DNA from: Thermoproteota archaeon
Lineage (GTDB): Archaea; Asgardarchaeota; Njordarchaeia; Njordarchaeales; Panguiarchaeaceae
NCBI GenBank assembly: GCA_024720975.1
Contig: JANJXX010000001.1
Location: forward strand, 191,408-255,407
DNA length: 64,000 nt
Direction of reading: 5' to 3'
The stretch's first letter is position 1. Each line of letters starts with the position of its first letter. Below are positions 1-9,600 of the stretch, piece after piece. A model generated the notes under the pieces. It made no database searches. It was not told the DNA's origin and worked only from the letters and a program-made list of their open reading frames with translations. The translations under genes and the position numbers were made by a program.

Positions 1-1819
1 GTTGGATAAACTCTCTTTCCTGCTTAGAACCTCCAGCAATTATAGCTACCGAGGCTTCACCTACATCTACGCCTTCCTCGGCTTTGCGGATAATTACTAA
101 TGCTTGTAATAGGCACGATTTAAACTTCTCTATTATCTTTTCTTCCTCACTTTTCGAAGCCTCAGCTGTAAGTGCTGCCGCTGGGACTATCTTGTTAACT
201 TCTTTTGCTATGCTCTTGGCAAATTTTATGGTTGGTGCAAATATGAATATCTTCTCGTCCTTATGCTTTTTTACAATTTCCTTTATCACTTCAATTTTGG
301 CCGGGTTTTCCTGCGCTATTGCTATCATTCTGTTGACAAGAAGCTTACGTTTAATGTCATCGAGTTTTCCTTGGATCTCCCCTTCAACACTTCGATATTC
401 CAGCATTTTTTCGAGGGGAAGCGGAACATAAATTAGCCTATAGACCATTGGAGCCACGAGTCCACGCCTAACTAACTCTGGATATGATACTGAATGTACT
501 ATTTTACCAGCAAGCTTGAAGAGGAGGATCTCATTTTTATCCCTTCTCTTTGGAGTAGCTGAGAGAGCCATCTTGTATGGTGCTCGCATGTTCATTGCTA
601 CTTTTTTAAACGTACGAGCTGGTACGTGATGACATTCGTCGTAGATCACCAGCCAGAACCTGCCGCTTAGGCTCCCGATGTTTTTTACTCCTGACTGGTA
701 TGTTGCAACCGTTATATCTTTTATACTCTTCTCACCCCATCCTAACACTCCTATTTGATATTTTGGGATGCCAGTAAATTCAGCTATGCGCTCTCTCCAT
801 TGTTCAAGAAGCCACACATTTGGGACAAATACTATAGTTGGAACTTTTAGGCGTGCGATAGCCGCAATGCCGACGATAGTTTTTCCGCCTCCCGTTGGTA
901 GAACAATCGTACCCCTGCAGCCGTTTTCTATCCACTTTGCAAGGGCTTGTAGTTGATGAGGATATAGCTGAAAGTTCTCTTGCAAATTATCTAGTTTCTT
1001 ATCAGGCAGTTGGTAATCTACATTAATATCAACATTATACTTCCTAGCAACGTCCTCTACGAATCCTGCGGTGAATGGTGGTAAGTATATGTCTATGTAT
1101 TCGAACCTCTCAAAAAGTTTAAATGCTTCAGCTATGCGCTCTTCATGGCCACCTTCAGCAACTTCCACGAAGTAGTGTATAGTGCCAAGCTCCTTAAGAT
1201 CCTCCACAAGTTCACTTGGTATTGATTTCGGTACTCTAACTAGGATCCTGTTATTTTTCGTCACTTTCACGATAATCGTGGGCTTAGAGGGTTTCGGTTT
1301 AACCTCAAGTATGGCTTCTTTGAGTGCCGGGGGAAGTTTGTTTACTTCGCCTGAATTCACAACTTCAAGAATTTTTTTAGAATTCATTGCGAGGTATTTT
1401 ACAGTGATCTCTCCTATGTCATCAATGTGTACTTTCTTCTCTACTAATCTGATGGGTAAAATGCTCTTGTTCACTTGCTTAGATACTTCATATGAATCTA
1501 AATCTATTAGCAATGTATAGATTACACCATTCTCATCATCTACTATGTGTTTTGGCACTTTTTCAATAAGCTTTTCGATAATCTCCATGATCTTATAAGC
1601 GTATTGATTATCCGTGGTCATTAACTCTTTGTTTATGAATTCCAAAAATTCGCTTAGTCTGCTGAATATACGCCATGATACAATCCAAGTTCTTTGTTCG
1701 GGGTCCCATTTAGCTACCTTTTTCATATGCTCTGCGAGTTCCTTGATTTTACTCCATGGAAACTCCTTTGATGATTCTATTATTACATTTCCTATTTTCA
1801 CGCGCTGTTTCATATTCAT
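1..1819 (-). CDS. XPB/Rad25-like SF2 helicase with long N-terminal extension (runs off the window start; absent from ORF track)
   Basis: Manual translation from ATG at 1819 (MNMKQRVKIG...) is in frame with the Q motif LYPHQ, Walker A VLPTGGGKT, motif II YDECHH, motif III SATP and EEGVDV. No stop seen before base 1. Confidence 0.85.
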   Translation of the reverse strand, partial: MNMKQRVKIGNVIIESSKEFPWSKIKELAEHMKKVAKWDPEQRTWIVSWRIFSRLSEFLEFINKELMTTDNQYAYKIMEIIEKLIEKVPKHIVDDENGVIYTLLIDLDSYEVSKQVNKSILPIRLVEKKVHIDDIGEITVKYLAMNSKKILEVVNSGEVNKLPPALKEAILEVKPKPSKPTIIVKVTKNNRILVRVPKSIPSELVEDLKELGTIHYFVEVAEGGHEERIAEAFKLFERFEYIDIYLPPFTAGFVEDVARKYNVDINVDYQLPDKKLDNLQENFQLYPHQLQALAKWIENGCRGTIVLPTGGGKTIVGIAAIARLKVPTIVFVPNVWLLEQWRERIAEFTGIPKYQIGVLGWGEKSIKDITVATYQSGVKNIGSLSGRFWLVIYDECHHVPARTFKKVAMNMRAPYKMALSATPKRRDKNEILLFKLAGKIVHSVSYPELVRRGLVAPMVYRLIYVPLPLEKMLEYRSVEGEIQGKLDDIKRKLLVNRMIAIAQENPAKIEVIKEIVKKHKDEKIFIFAPTIKFAKSIAKEVNKIVPAAALTAEASKSEEEKIIEKFKSCLLQALVIIRKAEEGVDVGEASVAIIAGGSKQEREFIQ

Positions 1820-1908
1820 AGTTTTTTCTCCTATTAGATAAAGATTCCAAGCAGTAGTTAAACAAAGATATTAAAAGTGCATAAGGCATACCAATGATGC
1901 ACTGGATA

Positions 1909-3534
1909 CTACATTGTTACAGCGGGCGAGAGGCTAGAATACTTCTTTATGAATGCATATTTTATTTTATCCTCTACGTCGGTAAGCATTTGCAAGATTT
2001 TTCTCCTGAGAGTCTCAACACTTAAATTAGCTCTTTCCATAGCACTCTTTCTGATAAGAACTCTGAATACTGCTAGATCAGATATTCGCGCCCCGGAAAT
2101 TGCCCAGGCATTGGCTTCGCGGATACCTACAATCCTCTGTTTATCAACTTCCACTATTGGAAAAACGTTATGAGGCAAGTAAGGATTCAAAGGAAAGAAT
2201 TTTATTGGTGGAGAGTCTATTATGAGATCTTCCGAGGTTATTCCAAGACTATTTGCCATCTCTTCTCTAAACTTATTAACTATGCTGTCAAAATCTTCAA
2301 CACAAGCTATGCTTTTAGCCTCCGTTGGGTCAAGCGTTATTTCTAGGGAGAAGACTTCCCTTAGGTCAGGTCGACGGTAAAGAACGCGACTAGCAAGCTC
2401 AACTAGCTTTGGTTCTCTGCTTTCGAGAGCTTTGAACAGCAAGTAATTGTCATCTAATTTGGCTAGATGTTTCCGCGCTTCTTCTTCACCTCGAACCAAG
2501 CTAGTGATTATTTCCTCAAAGTCTATTATTCCGTATTCATACATACCTCGAATGAGATCCTTAACAGCGTAGTCCATAAGTCTTGAAAATTTGTGAAAGT
2601 ATACATTATTGAACAACCACACTCGAGAGTACAGGAAAGCCCTTAAGGCTCCTATAGCTTTCTTCTGAAGTCCTAGTACAATCCTCGATGAACCTGGGAC
2701 TATTCTTTCAAGAATTAGTGAAAATAGAAATAATCTATCAGCATCAATTTTACCATACTCCATAGCTCCGGTGAAGTATGAGTCCCTCAGACAAAAGTCG
2801 ACAATATCGGCTGGGTATAAAAATTCTCTCACAACGCTTCTCAGGGCAACATGTATTCTCTTTTTAGGTGCAGCGAATTTTTCACGTGGAAGCATTATCG
2901 CGTCAACTGTCTCGAGAAGTATATCTATATCCATGTACTTTTCATAGTTTTCCTTCTTTGCGAAGCTTCTTATGTCCTCACGAAGGTAATTCTTGTATAC
3001 GTAGTATCCAATGTCTTCATGTGAGTATATGCCGACACTTTTAACTTTCTTGCTATTGGCTATAATAGCCTCATCAAACGCGTGAGAAAAAGGCATGTGA
3101 CCAATGTCGTGTAGAAGTCCACCAATCCTGGTTGCAATCAAAACAGATAGTAGCGCAGAGGTTCCGTCTATTCCTAGATCCTCGAAGAATGGGACTCTGA
3201 ATATGACCTCCTCAGGAGCTCCTAGGACTTCTTGATTCTGAAGTGAATACGTTGATCGCAATAGAGCAAGGATAAATCTACCTGCTAGATGCATTACACC
3301 TATCGAGTGTAGAAATCTTGTGTGAGTCGCACCGGGGTATACAGTGTATGCTACTTGCAATTGATGAATTCTGCGTAGTCTCTGGAAAATGTCGCTATCG
3401 ACTATGAACTCTTCTAATCTCGTGAATGGTATGTAAGCATGAACTGGATCACGAATATATTTATGGATGAGCCTTGGCGGTAATCCGTGATCCTGAAGCT
3501 CAAGAATTTTTAAATCTTCTGCCATCGTCACCAC
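1909..3534 (-). CDS. HD-superfamily phosphohydrolase (dNTP triphosphohydrolase/SAMHD1-like)
   Basis: IRDPVH, FQRLRRIHQL, YPGATHTRFLHSIG, LLHDIGHMPFSH, ADIVDFCLRDSY motifs. Confidence 0.9.
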   Translation of the reverse strand: MVTMAEDLKILELQDHGLPPRLIHKYIRDPVHAYIPFTRLEEFIVDSDIFQRLRRIHQLQVAYTVYPGATHTRFLHSIGVMHLAGRFILALLRSTYSLQNQEVLGAPEEVIFRVPFFEDLGIDGTSALLSVLIATRIGGLLHDIGHMPFSHAFDEAIIANSKKVKSVGIYSHEDIGYYVYKNYLREDIRSFAKKENYEKYMDIDILLETVDAIMLPREKFAAPKKRIHVALRSVVREFLYPADIVDFCLRDSYFTGAMEYGKIDADRLFLFSLILERIVPGSSRIVLGLQKKAIGALRAFLYSRVWLFNNVYFHKFSRLMDYAVKDLIRGMYEYGIIDFEEIITSLVRGEEEARKHLAKLDDNYLLFKALESREPKLVELASRVLYRRPDLREVFSLEITLDPTEAKSIACVEDFDSIVNKFREEMANSLGITSEDLIIDSPPIKFFPLNPYLPHNVFPIVEVDKQRIVGIREANAWAISGARISDLAVFRVLIRKSAMERANLSVETLRRKILQMLTDVEDKIKYAFIKKYSSLSPAVTM

Positions 3535-3563
3535 TTTTGTGAGCTGCTAAGTTGTGGTTACTC

Positions 3564-4427
3564 CTATTCCTCAATAATCTCAGGTTGAACTTTCTCGCTA
3601 ATTATCGTTTCTAAGTATTCTCTTGACATCAGCGCACCTTCTTTGTCCGAAACTTCAAATATCAAGGGCTTTCTTATATCCAGATCAAACAGAATACTGA
3701 TGAACTCATTCCAGTTTATTATACCTTCTCCGCAAGCCAACATGTCTTTGCCTATCTGTGGATTAACATCGCGAATGTGAAAGGAGACTATTTTCTCTTT
3801 GAACCTACTTATAACATCTCTCATAGGAAGTCTCGGAAAACCGGCTAATTGTGCAGTATCTATGACAACAGCAAGGAACTCATCGTTGTTAAAGTGATTT
3901 AAAATCTTTTCCAGAAGCGTTGGATGTCCTAGGTCAAAGAACCCACTCCTTAGTTCCATACCTATAATTATCCCAACATCCCTTGCTAGGGTGAGTATCT
4001 GCTTAAGCGAGTCGCACAAGTTTTCAAAAGCTTTTTTCCAGAGAACCTTCGTGGGATAAAATTTGAAGCCAAGGTGGATCGTTAACCATTCAGCTGATAA
4101 AAGCTGGGCAAAATGCAGACCATTTATTATCTCATCGATAGCAAATTTCCTAATACTGTTACTAAGGCTTGCTAAGTCAATGGAGTAGTAAGGTGCATGA
4201 ACGGACAATGTTATCTTACTCTTCTGAGCAAGATCTTGAACTGCACTTATATGATCATCACTTATGTAGGCGACATGCTGAAGTCCATCTGCAATTATCT
4301 CAACATGCTCGAATTTATGTTTTGCCGCAAATTCTAAGACGTCCACTATGTTTTCATATCTTGGATTTAATATCGACGTTGAAACACCATATTTAAAAAC
4401 GAATGACAAAGACATACTCCACACCAA
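3564..4427 (-). CDS. Sugar phosphate isomerase/epimerase family (AP-endonuclease-2 TIM barrel)
   Basis: SVHAPY..DLAS, TIHLG, GME, IDTAQ, FHIRD, GEGIINW, IFEV pattern. Confidence 0.8.
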   Translation of the reverse strand: MVWSMSLSFVFKYGVSTSILNPRYENIVDVLEFAAKHKFEHVEIIADGLQHVAYISDDHISAVQDLAQKSKITLSVHAPYYSIDLASLSNSIRKFAIDEIINGLHFAQLLSAEWLTIHLGFKFYPTKVLWKKAFENLCDSLKQILTLARDVGIIIGMELRSGFFDLGHPTLLEKILNHFNNDEFLAVVIDTAQLAGFPRLPMRDVISRFKEKIVSFHIRDVNPQIGKDMLACGEGIINWNEFISILFDLDIRKPLIFEVSDKEGALMSREYLETIISEKVQPEIIEE

Positions 4428-4644
4428 TAGATATGCGGACCATTAATTAAAGTTAAACTGAGGATTAACTTTGTTTTCTGCAGCAATCTAACTGGCATTT
4501 AGAAGCCACTATACTGACCAACTATTGACCATTTTTTAATTAAATTAACTTGCAAACTCTGGACTCCAAGGGTAGAGCTTATCAAGGCATGTTTATTGAG
4601 TATATGTATGACTTAATCCAGAAGCATCATTTAAGTGAAAGAAT

Positions 4645-5901
4645 ATGCTGAGCGATGACTACGCAATTTGGAGGAAATTCATCCACGGAGCTAACCTAAG
4701 GCTTGATGAGTATAAAAATCTTTGCAATGCTATCATTAACAAAAAATACTCAAGCATAATGCTTGCAATGATCATTGCCAGAATTTATTACAGACCGCTT
4801 AATGCTAATGAAATTTATAAGGTTGTACAAGCGTTTGTTGAAACAGGATCGACACTAGAGTTCCGAGGAAAGTACATTGTTGACAAACACTCGATCGGCG
4901 GAGTGCCGGGGAATAAAGTTTCGTTAATTGTTGTACCAATAGTAGCCGCCGCCGGCTTAAAGATACCAAAAACATCAACGAAATCCATCACGACTATAGG
5001 AACCGCCGAGAGAATGTCCATATTCGCGCCTGTAGACTTAACTGCTGACGAAATAATTGAGGTTGTAGAAAAGACTAATGGATGCATAGCGTCATGTGAT
5101 AAGCTAAACTTAGCCCCTGTCGATGATATATTATTGAATATCCAAAGCGAGATACAATTGAACCCTGCCTCTCTCATGATTGCTTCAATTCTAGCAAAAA
5201 AGAAAGCGATGGGAATACGATATCTAGTTCTGGATATTCCCCAGGGACGCGGAACCAAAGTTAAAACAATGAAGGAAGCTATAGCACTGGCAAACAAATT
5301 CCTGATTGTAGCTAATCGCTTGGGACTAATGCTTAGGTGCGCCATAACATACGGCGATCAACCTGTTGGACATACAGTGGGTGTGGCGCTGGAGGCTCGA
5401 GAAGCTTTAGAAACACTAGAAGGTGGCAGGCCCTCAACATCACTTATTGAGAAATCTACTGGATTGGCGGGAATACTTTTGGAAATGTCGGGGATAACTG
5501 AAAATGGACAAAATTTAGCAAGAAGTTTACTGGAGTCCGGAAAGGCACTGAAGAAGTTTAGAGAAATAATCGAATCACAAGGAGGAAATCCTAATGTAAA
5601 AGCAGATGACATTCCTGTTGGACCATATACGGCTGAGGTATATGCGCAAGTTGATGGCTACATAACTCAAATAGATAATCAGTGCATTGTAGAAATTGCA
5701 AGGAGAGCTGGTGCTCCTCATGATATAGGCGCTGGAGTTGTTATACCATACAAGGGAGGCCGATATGTGAGACGCGGCGACACTATTCTCAGAATATACT
5801 CTAGTAATGAGGCGAGACTCGACGATGCTTTACATTTTGCTGAAGAAAATGCCCCGATTATAATAGAGGGCGCACTCCGAAAAGTAGTTTCGCTCCACTA
5901 A
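4645..5901 (+). CDS. deoA: AMP/thymidine phosphorylase family protein lacking the N-terminal extra domain
   Basis: VDKHSIGGVPGNK, IPKTS, ASILAKKKAMG, LDIP.G.GTKV, GDQPVG..VG.ALEAREAL, AGAP.D.GAG. In-frame TGA at 4636-4638 blocks any N-terminal extension. Confidence 0.85.
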   Translation: MLSDDYAIWRKFIHGANLRLDEYKNLCNAIINKKYSSIMLAMIIARIYYRPLNANEIYKVVQAFVETGSTLEFRGKYIVDKHSIGGVPGNKVSLIVVPIVAAAGLKIPKTSTKSITTIGTAERMSIFAPVDLTADEIIEVVEKTNGCIASCDKLNLAPVDDILLNIQSEIQLNPASLMIASILAKKKAMGIRYLVLDIPQGRGTKVKTMKEAIALANKFLIVANRLGLMLRCAITYGDQPVGHTVGVALEAREALETLEGGRPSTSLIEKSTGLAGILLEMSGITENGQNLARSLLESGKALKKFREIIESQGGNPNVKADDIPVGPYTAEVYAQVDGYITQIDNQCIVEIARRAGAPHDIGAGVVIPYKGGRYVRRGDTILRIYSSNEARLDDALHFAEENAPIIIEGALRKVVSLH

Positions 5902-6028
5902 TCGTAGACATCTAGATTTTCGATGATAATTTACAGTGACTGACGAAAATAACAAATAGATGCGCTTTCAAAGTTAGTTTACTCAAAAATGTTAGAGAAC
6001 ATGTTAGTTAAATTGCATAATCATTGAG

Positions 6029-7078
6029 CTAGCTTTCAGTACCACCGAACTCTACTTTTTCCCAGTATTCACCCCAAAGGCTGAATGGATCTACGTCTGC
6101 AAGATCCTCAGCAAAATGACAGAATACAACTCTGCCGTCAATGACATGGTACTCAGGTAGTTTTTCTCGGCAGATATCCTTGGCTACTGGACAGCGTTCA
6201 ACGAATGGACAATGGTTTATTGGGAATCTTAAGTCTGGCGGGAATCCGGGTATGGCGGCAATTTTGCCCTCCCCAATTTTTGTGTGAGATGGGACTGCGG
6301 CGATCAAGCCTTTAGTATAGGGGTGCACAGGATGCTTGTATATGCTAACAACATCCCCCTTTTCAACGGCATAACCTGCGTACATAACAACTACATTGTC
6401 TGACATTTCCGCGACGCATGCTAAATCATGCGAAACGTAAATCATAGCCATTCCATACCTCCTCTGCAATTTTTTCAGTAGATCCAAAATTTGGGCCTGT
6501 ATTGTCACATCGAGCGCTGTTGTAGGTTCGTCTGCAATGAGTAATGATGGATTTAATGCGATTGACATAGCTATGACTGCTCTTTGTTTCATTCCCCCAG
6601 AAAGTTGGTGCGGATAATCGTTCATTCGCGCGGGATCGAGACCAACTTCTAGAAACAGCTCACGTACAATTTCGTATGCTTCTTCCTTAGATATACCCTC
6701 GTGGTATATCAGAGGCTCTGCTACCTGATCACCAACTTTGAAGACTGGATTAAGTGAATTCATTGAACCCTGGAATATCATGCTTATTCCACTCCAGAGG
6801 ATCTTTCTCATGCGTACTTCAGGTACTTTTAGTAAATCTTCGCCTTTGAATATTATCTGACCCCTCTCTACATAACCATTAGAAGGGAGTAGTCTCATTA
6901 TGGCTAAGACACATGTAGACTTGCCACAACCACTTTCGCCTACAAGTCCTAGGGTTTCTCCTTCATGCACTTTTAGACTGACACCGTTGACAGCGTATAT
7001 TGTGTATGGCCCGAGCTTGTATCGCACATGTAAATCTCGTATATCTAGAATAACACCCTCTTCTGACAAGATGTTCAC
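6029..7078 (-). CDS. Oligopeptide/dipeptide ABC transporter ATP-binding subunit (OppD/DppD-like), no permease genes nearby
   Basis: GESGCGKS, LSGGMKQR, IADEPTTALD, HPYT..L, C-terminal CPF..RC..C..CH. Confidence 0.92.
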   Translation of the reverse strand: MNILSEEGVILDIRDLHVRYKLGPYTIYAVNGVSLKVHEGETLGLVGESGCGKSTCVLAIMRLLPSNGYVERGQIIFKGEDLLKVPEVRMRKILWSGISMIFQGSMNSLNPVFKVGDQVAEPLIYHEGISKEEAYEIVRELFLEVGLDPARMNDYPHQLSGGMKQRAVIAMSIALNPSLLIADEPTTALDVTIQAQILDLLKKLQRRYGMAMIYVSHDLACVAEMSDNVVVMYAGYAVEKGDVVSIYKHPVHPYTKGLIAAVPSHTKIGEGKIAAIPGFPPDLRFPINHCPFVERCPVAKDICREKLPEYHVIDGRVVFCHFAEDLADVDPFSLWGEYWEKVEFGGTES

Positions 7079-7217
7079 CCAGATATTAACTTCAGAGCAA
7101 ATTCCTCTTAAATTAAGTTTGAGTTACAATTTGTCATCTAAATATAGAATAAAATACAGCCGAAGGTATATATATGAAGAATGGGGTGAAACGCCATCTT
7201 TAGCATTTTTGAATACT

Positions 7218-8036
7218 CTAAAGCGCACTACTTGCTTTTAAGATTTTTCTAGCTCTTTCCAAATCGTCCTGTGAGTAACCTATTATCAACACGGTACCTA
7301 CGCTTGACTTTAATTTCTCTATAATGTCGATTGCAAAATTCAGATAACTCTTATATTGTTCGCCGTTTAGCTTGTGTGGATAGTCCCAAGGATTCATAAA
7401 CTCAGAGAAGTATAGAGCTTGTACGTATGATCGCACCAAATTAAGTTCTGCATTGAGGTCTATTCTTCGCATCCTGTATATATCATAAAAGTGAGCTATG
7501 TTGAGTGCTAAGTAGACCTTTCGCTTCAGTGCTCTTGCCAATTCAATTATGCCGGATGGAAGTGTTACAACATCAAAAGGATACGGATAATTTTCGGCTA
7601 GTACTTTTATACCTTTCGAATTTGCTTCTTCTACTATTGGATTAAGACCCTCTACAAGTGTCCTAAATGCTTTATCTCTAAACACTTTCTCAGAGAAGAA
7701 AAACATTCCCACCCGCATTATAATGCTTGAACATCCTATGCTTTCTGCCACCGTAAGCCAATTTTTGATTTCCTCAATACTCTTCTTTCTCAGATTCGGA
7801 TTTGTAGCTGCTGGATTTATGGTATATCCCTGAATCCTCAGAGAACATTCTAGGCCATAATCAAACAGAGCATTGCGTACTTTTTTTATAAAATCTTCGG
7901 AGTCCTCCTTAAAGTGCGGTGGGAACACAAATATGTTTATGTGCCTGAATCCCATTTCTGCAGCAAGTTTAATTGCTTTTGTCACGCTCTTAGGATAGAG
8001 AAATATGGAAGATACACCGAGAACTGGCATCATCAT
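7218..8036 (-). CDS. Degenerate sugar-phosphate isomerase/epimerase-type TIM-barrel protein
   Basis: INPAATNPNLRKKS and KVLAENYP resemble the AP2Ec family, but several metal ligands are replaced. Confidence 0.6.
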   Translation of the reverse strand: MMMPVLGVSSIFLYPKSVTKAIKLAAEMGFRHINIFVFPPHFKEDSEDFIKKVRNALFDYGLECSLRIQGYTINPAATNPNLRKKSIEEIKNWLTVAESIGCSSIIMRVGMFFFSEKVFRDKAFRTLVEGLNPIVEEANSKGIKVLAENYPYPFDVVTLPSGIIELARALKRKVYLALNIAHFYDIYRMRRIDLNAELNLVRSYVQALYFSEFMNPWDYPHKLNGEQYKSYLNFAIDIIEKLKSSVGTVLIIGYSQDDLERARKILKASSAL

Positions 8037-8872
8037 GCACCGGGTTCATCTTTGGATCCACACTCAAATTCACTAAATAATACTTTGCTAATCTTTTCAA
8101 GCGTTTTTTCTCCTATTCCCTCAACATCAATATCCCATCTGTTAACTTTCATAATTGCGTTGTAGGGGGTCTTATATACGCTCAGAATTTTGCTTGCTCT
8201 GCTAACACTAATTCCTGGCAAGCCAGCAAGGAAGAAAATCTGCTGCTCCCTTAGGCTTCTTAATCTTGGTTTAATTCGTATTACTGCCCGCTCGTGTTCC
8301 GTCTGCTCGATTTTTTTACCCTTAGACTCCAGATAAAGGTCCCAGAGAATTTGCGCTCCATGGAATATATCGTACGTCTCCTCTATTCTTACACCCATTT
8401 CCTCAATAGCATTTAAAGCCCCAAGGTATGCGTTTGGATGTATTCCTATTCTCTCCTCAATAACTGAGTATATCCGCCCTCTTATATTCTTCTTTGTTAT
8501 GGGAATGTATATGGCCTTGTCGTGATAGTCCATTCGGATGGATAAGGATCCCTCCAGTAGAAGTATTGGATTTTTATAAGTTTCAACCAAATTCTTAACT
8601 TGTTCAAAGATGCGAACTTTCCCGTTCTTATTACCAATTATGGAGTTTAGAAAATCCCTTATTGATTTTCGCTCAATTGCGTATTGATTCGGAAGGATAA
8701 GATCTCCGACTTCTAGCTTTTCAACTCTGTAAGGTATCTTATGCTGCTGAACTTTTTCGAGAAAGAGTGTTATCGAATTCTTCTTGTCTTTGTCTACTTC
8801 GTGTACGTCTATTATTACCTCCGGCGCTCTGCCAAGTAGGTCCAATTGAATTGTCTCCTTTGGTCTTTCCAT
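8033..8872 (-). CDS. xpf: Short XPF/ERCC4 structure-specific endonuclease
   Basis: IIDVHE, LEVGD, IERKSIRDF (ERKxxxD), RIFEQ, C-terminal HhH motifs LPGIS and VEGIGEK. Confidence 0.9.
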   Translation of the reverse strand: MERPKETIQLDLLGRAPEVIIDVHEVDKDKKNSITLFLEKVQQHKIPYRVEKLEVGDLILPNQYAIERKSIRDFLNSIIGNKNGKVRIFEQVKNLVETYKNPILLLEGSLSIRMDYHDKAIYIPITKKNIRGRIYSVIEERIGIHPNAYLGALNAIEEMGVRIEETYDIFHGAQILWDLYLESKGKKIEQTEHERAVIRIKPRLRSLREQQIFFLAGLPGISVSRASKILSVYKTPYNAIMKVNRWDIDVEGIGEKTLEKISKVLFSEFECGSKDEPGA

Positions 8873-9026
8873 AGCTTTTCCCTAGTTATGAGATATAACA
8901 AAACACAAGCTATTGAAGTAAGAAAAAAGTAACAGCAGTATTATCAGAATTATAGATTTAGTTTCTTGGGATTAAGCATTTGCCTTGTTAATTCGGTGTT
9001 TTATTCTTGGGTTATATTAAGTGGTT

Positions 9027-9220
9027 GCCCGTGTCGCTTACTTGAGTTTGTTCAGGTGTTTTCGATTATCCTGGGTATTGTCGACACGGGCTTCTCCCTC
9101 GTCACCTGCTCACCGTTCGCAGGGTCATCAGGAGCTACATCGACGGGCACCACTGAGCCCGCCTCGAGGTATACATATATCCCCCGCCTCTGATGGCTAC
9201 CCAGCCGTCATTGAGGCGGG
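9027..9220 (-). repeat. Two inverted repeats/hairpins in the IS right-end region
   Basis: GCCCGTGTCG (9027-9036) pairs with CGACACGGGC (9082-9091). CCCGCCTC-TGATGGCT-accc-AGCCGTCA-tt-GAGGCGGG spans 9183-9220. Confidence 0.85.
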
Positions 9221-9575
9221 AGAAGAGGTTTAGGCAAGTTACCACATCAACAACCTTGTATCCCCTAGCTGAACAGTAACTTCTTAGTCTTTCAATCTGC
9301 CGCTCTAAGTTACCATCTATTTTCTGCTTATGCGATGAAACCCTAGCGTATATAGCGGCTCTAATCTCTCTTCTTTCAACACCACTCAGAATCCTCTTGA
9401 CTTCGCTTTCTGGAACCATCCACAGCTTTCCAACTCTGAGAGCACGCAGTCTTCTTCCCTGCTTTATCCACTTTTTAACAGTAGAAACACTAATGTTCGG
9501 TAACTCAGCAACCTCACTAGTTCTATAGAGCTTCTCGGACACAGCATAGTACCTCTCTTGATTCCAAATACCCAT
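9135..9575 (-). pseudogene. tnpA: Truncated IS607 serine transposase TnpA
   Basis: Only the HTH and first part of the catalytic domain are present; the remainder of the resolvase domain is missing. Confidence 0.85.
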
Positions 9576-9600
9576 AGTAGCTAAAACAGCTTAAAAACTT

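Larger units (their letters stand above)
9020..9600 (-). mobile_element. Internally deleted IS607-family element (tnpA 5' part fused to probable tnpB 3' tip plus right end); boundaries approximate
   Basis: MerR-like HTH (SVSTVKKWIKQG) plus serine recombinase motif IYARVSS..QK..NLERQ. The recombinase breaks off at GYKVVDVV and is followed by GC-rich hairpins. Confidence 0.75.

Noticed and set aside
84-1841. Four short plus-strand ORFs
   Set aside because: Antisense shadows of the XPB-like helicase on the minus strand
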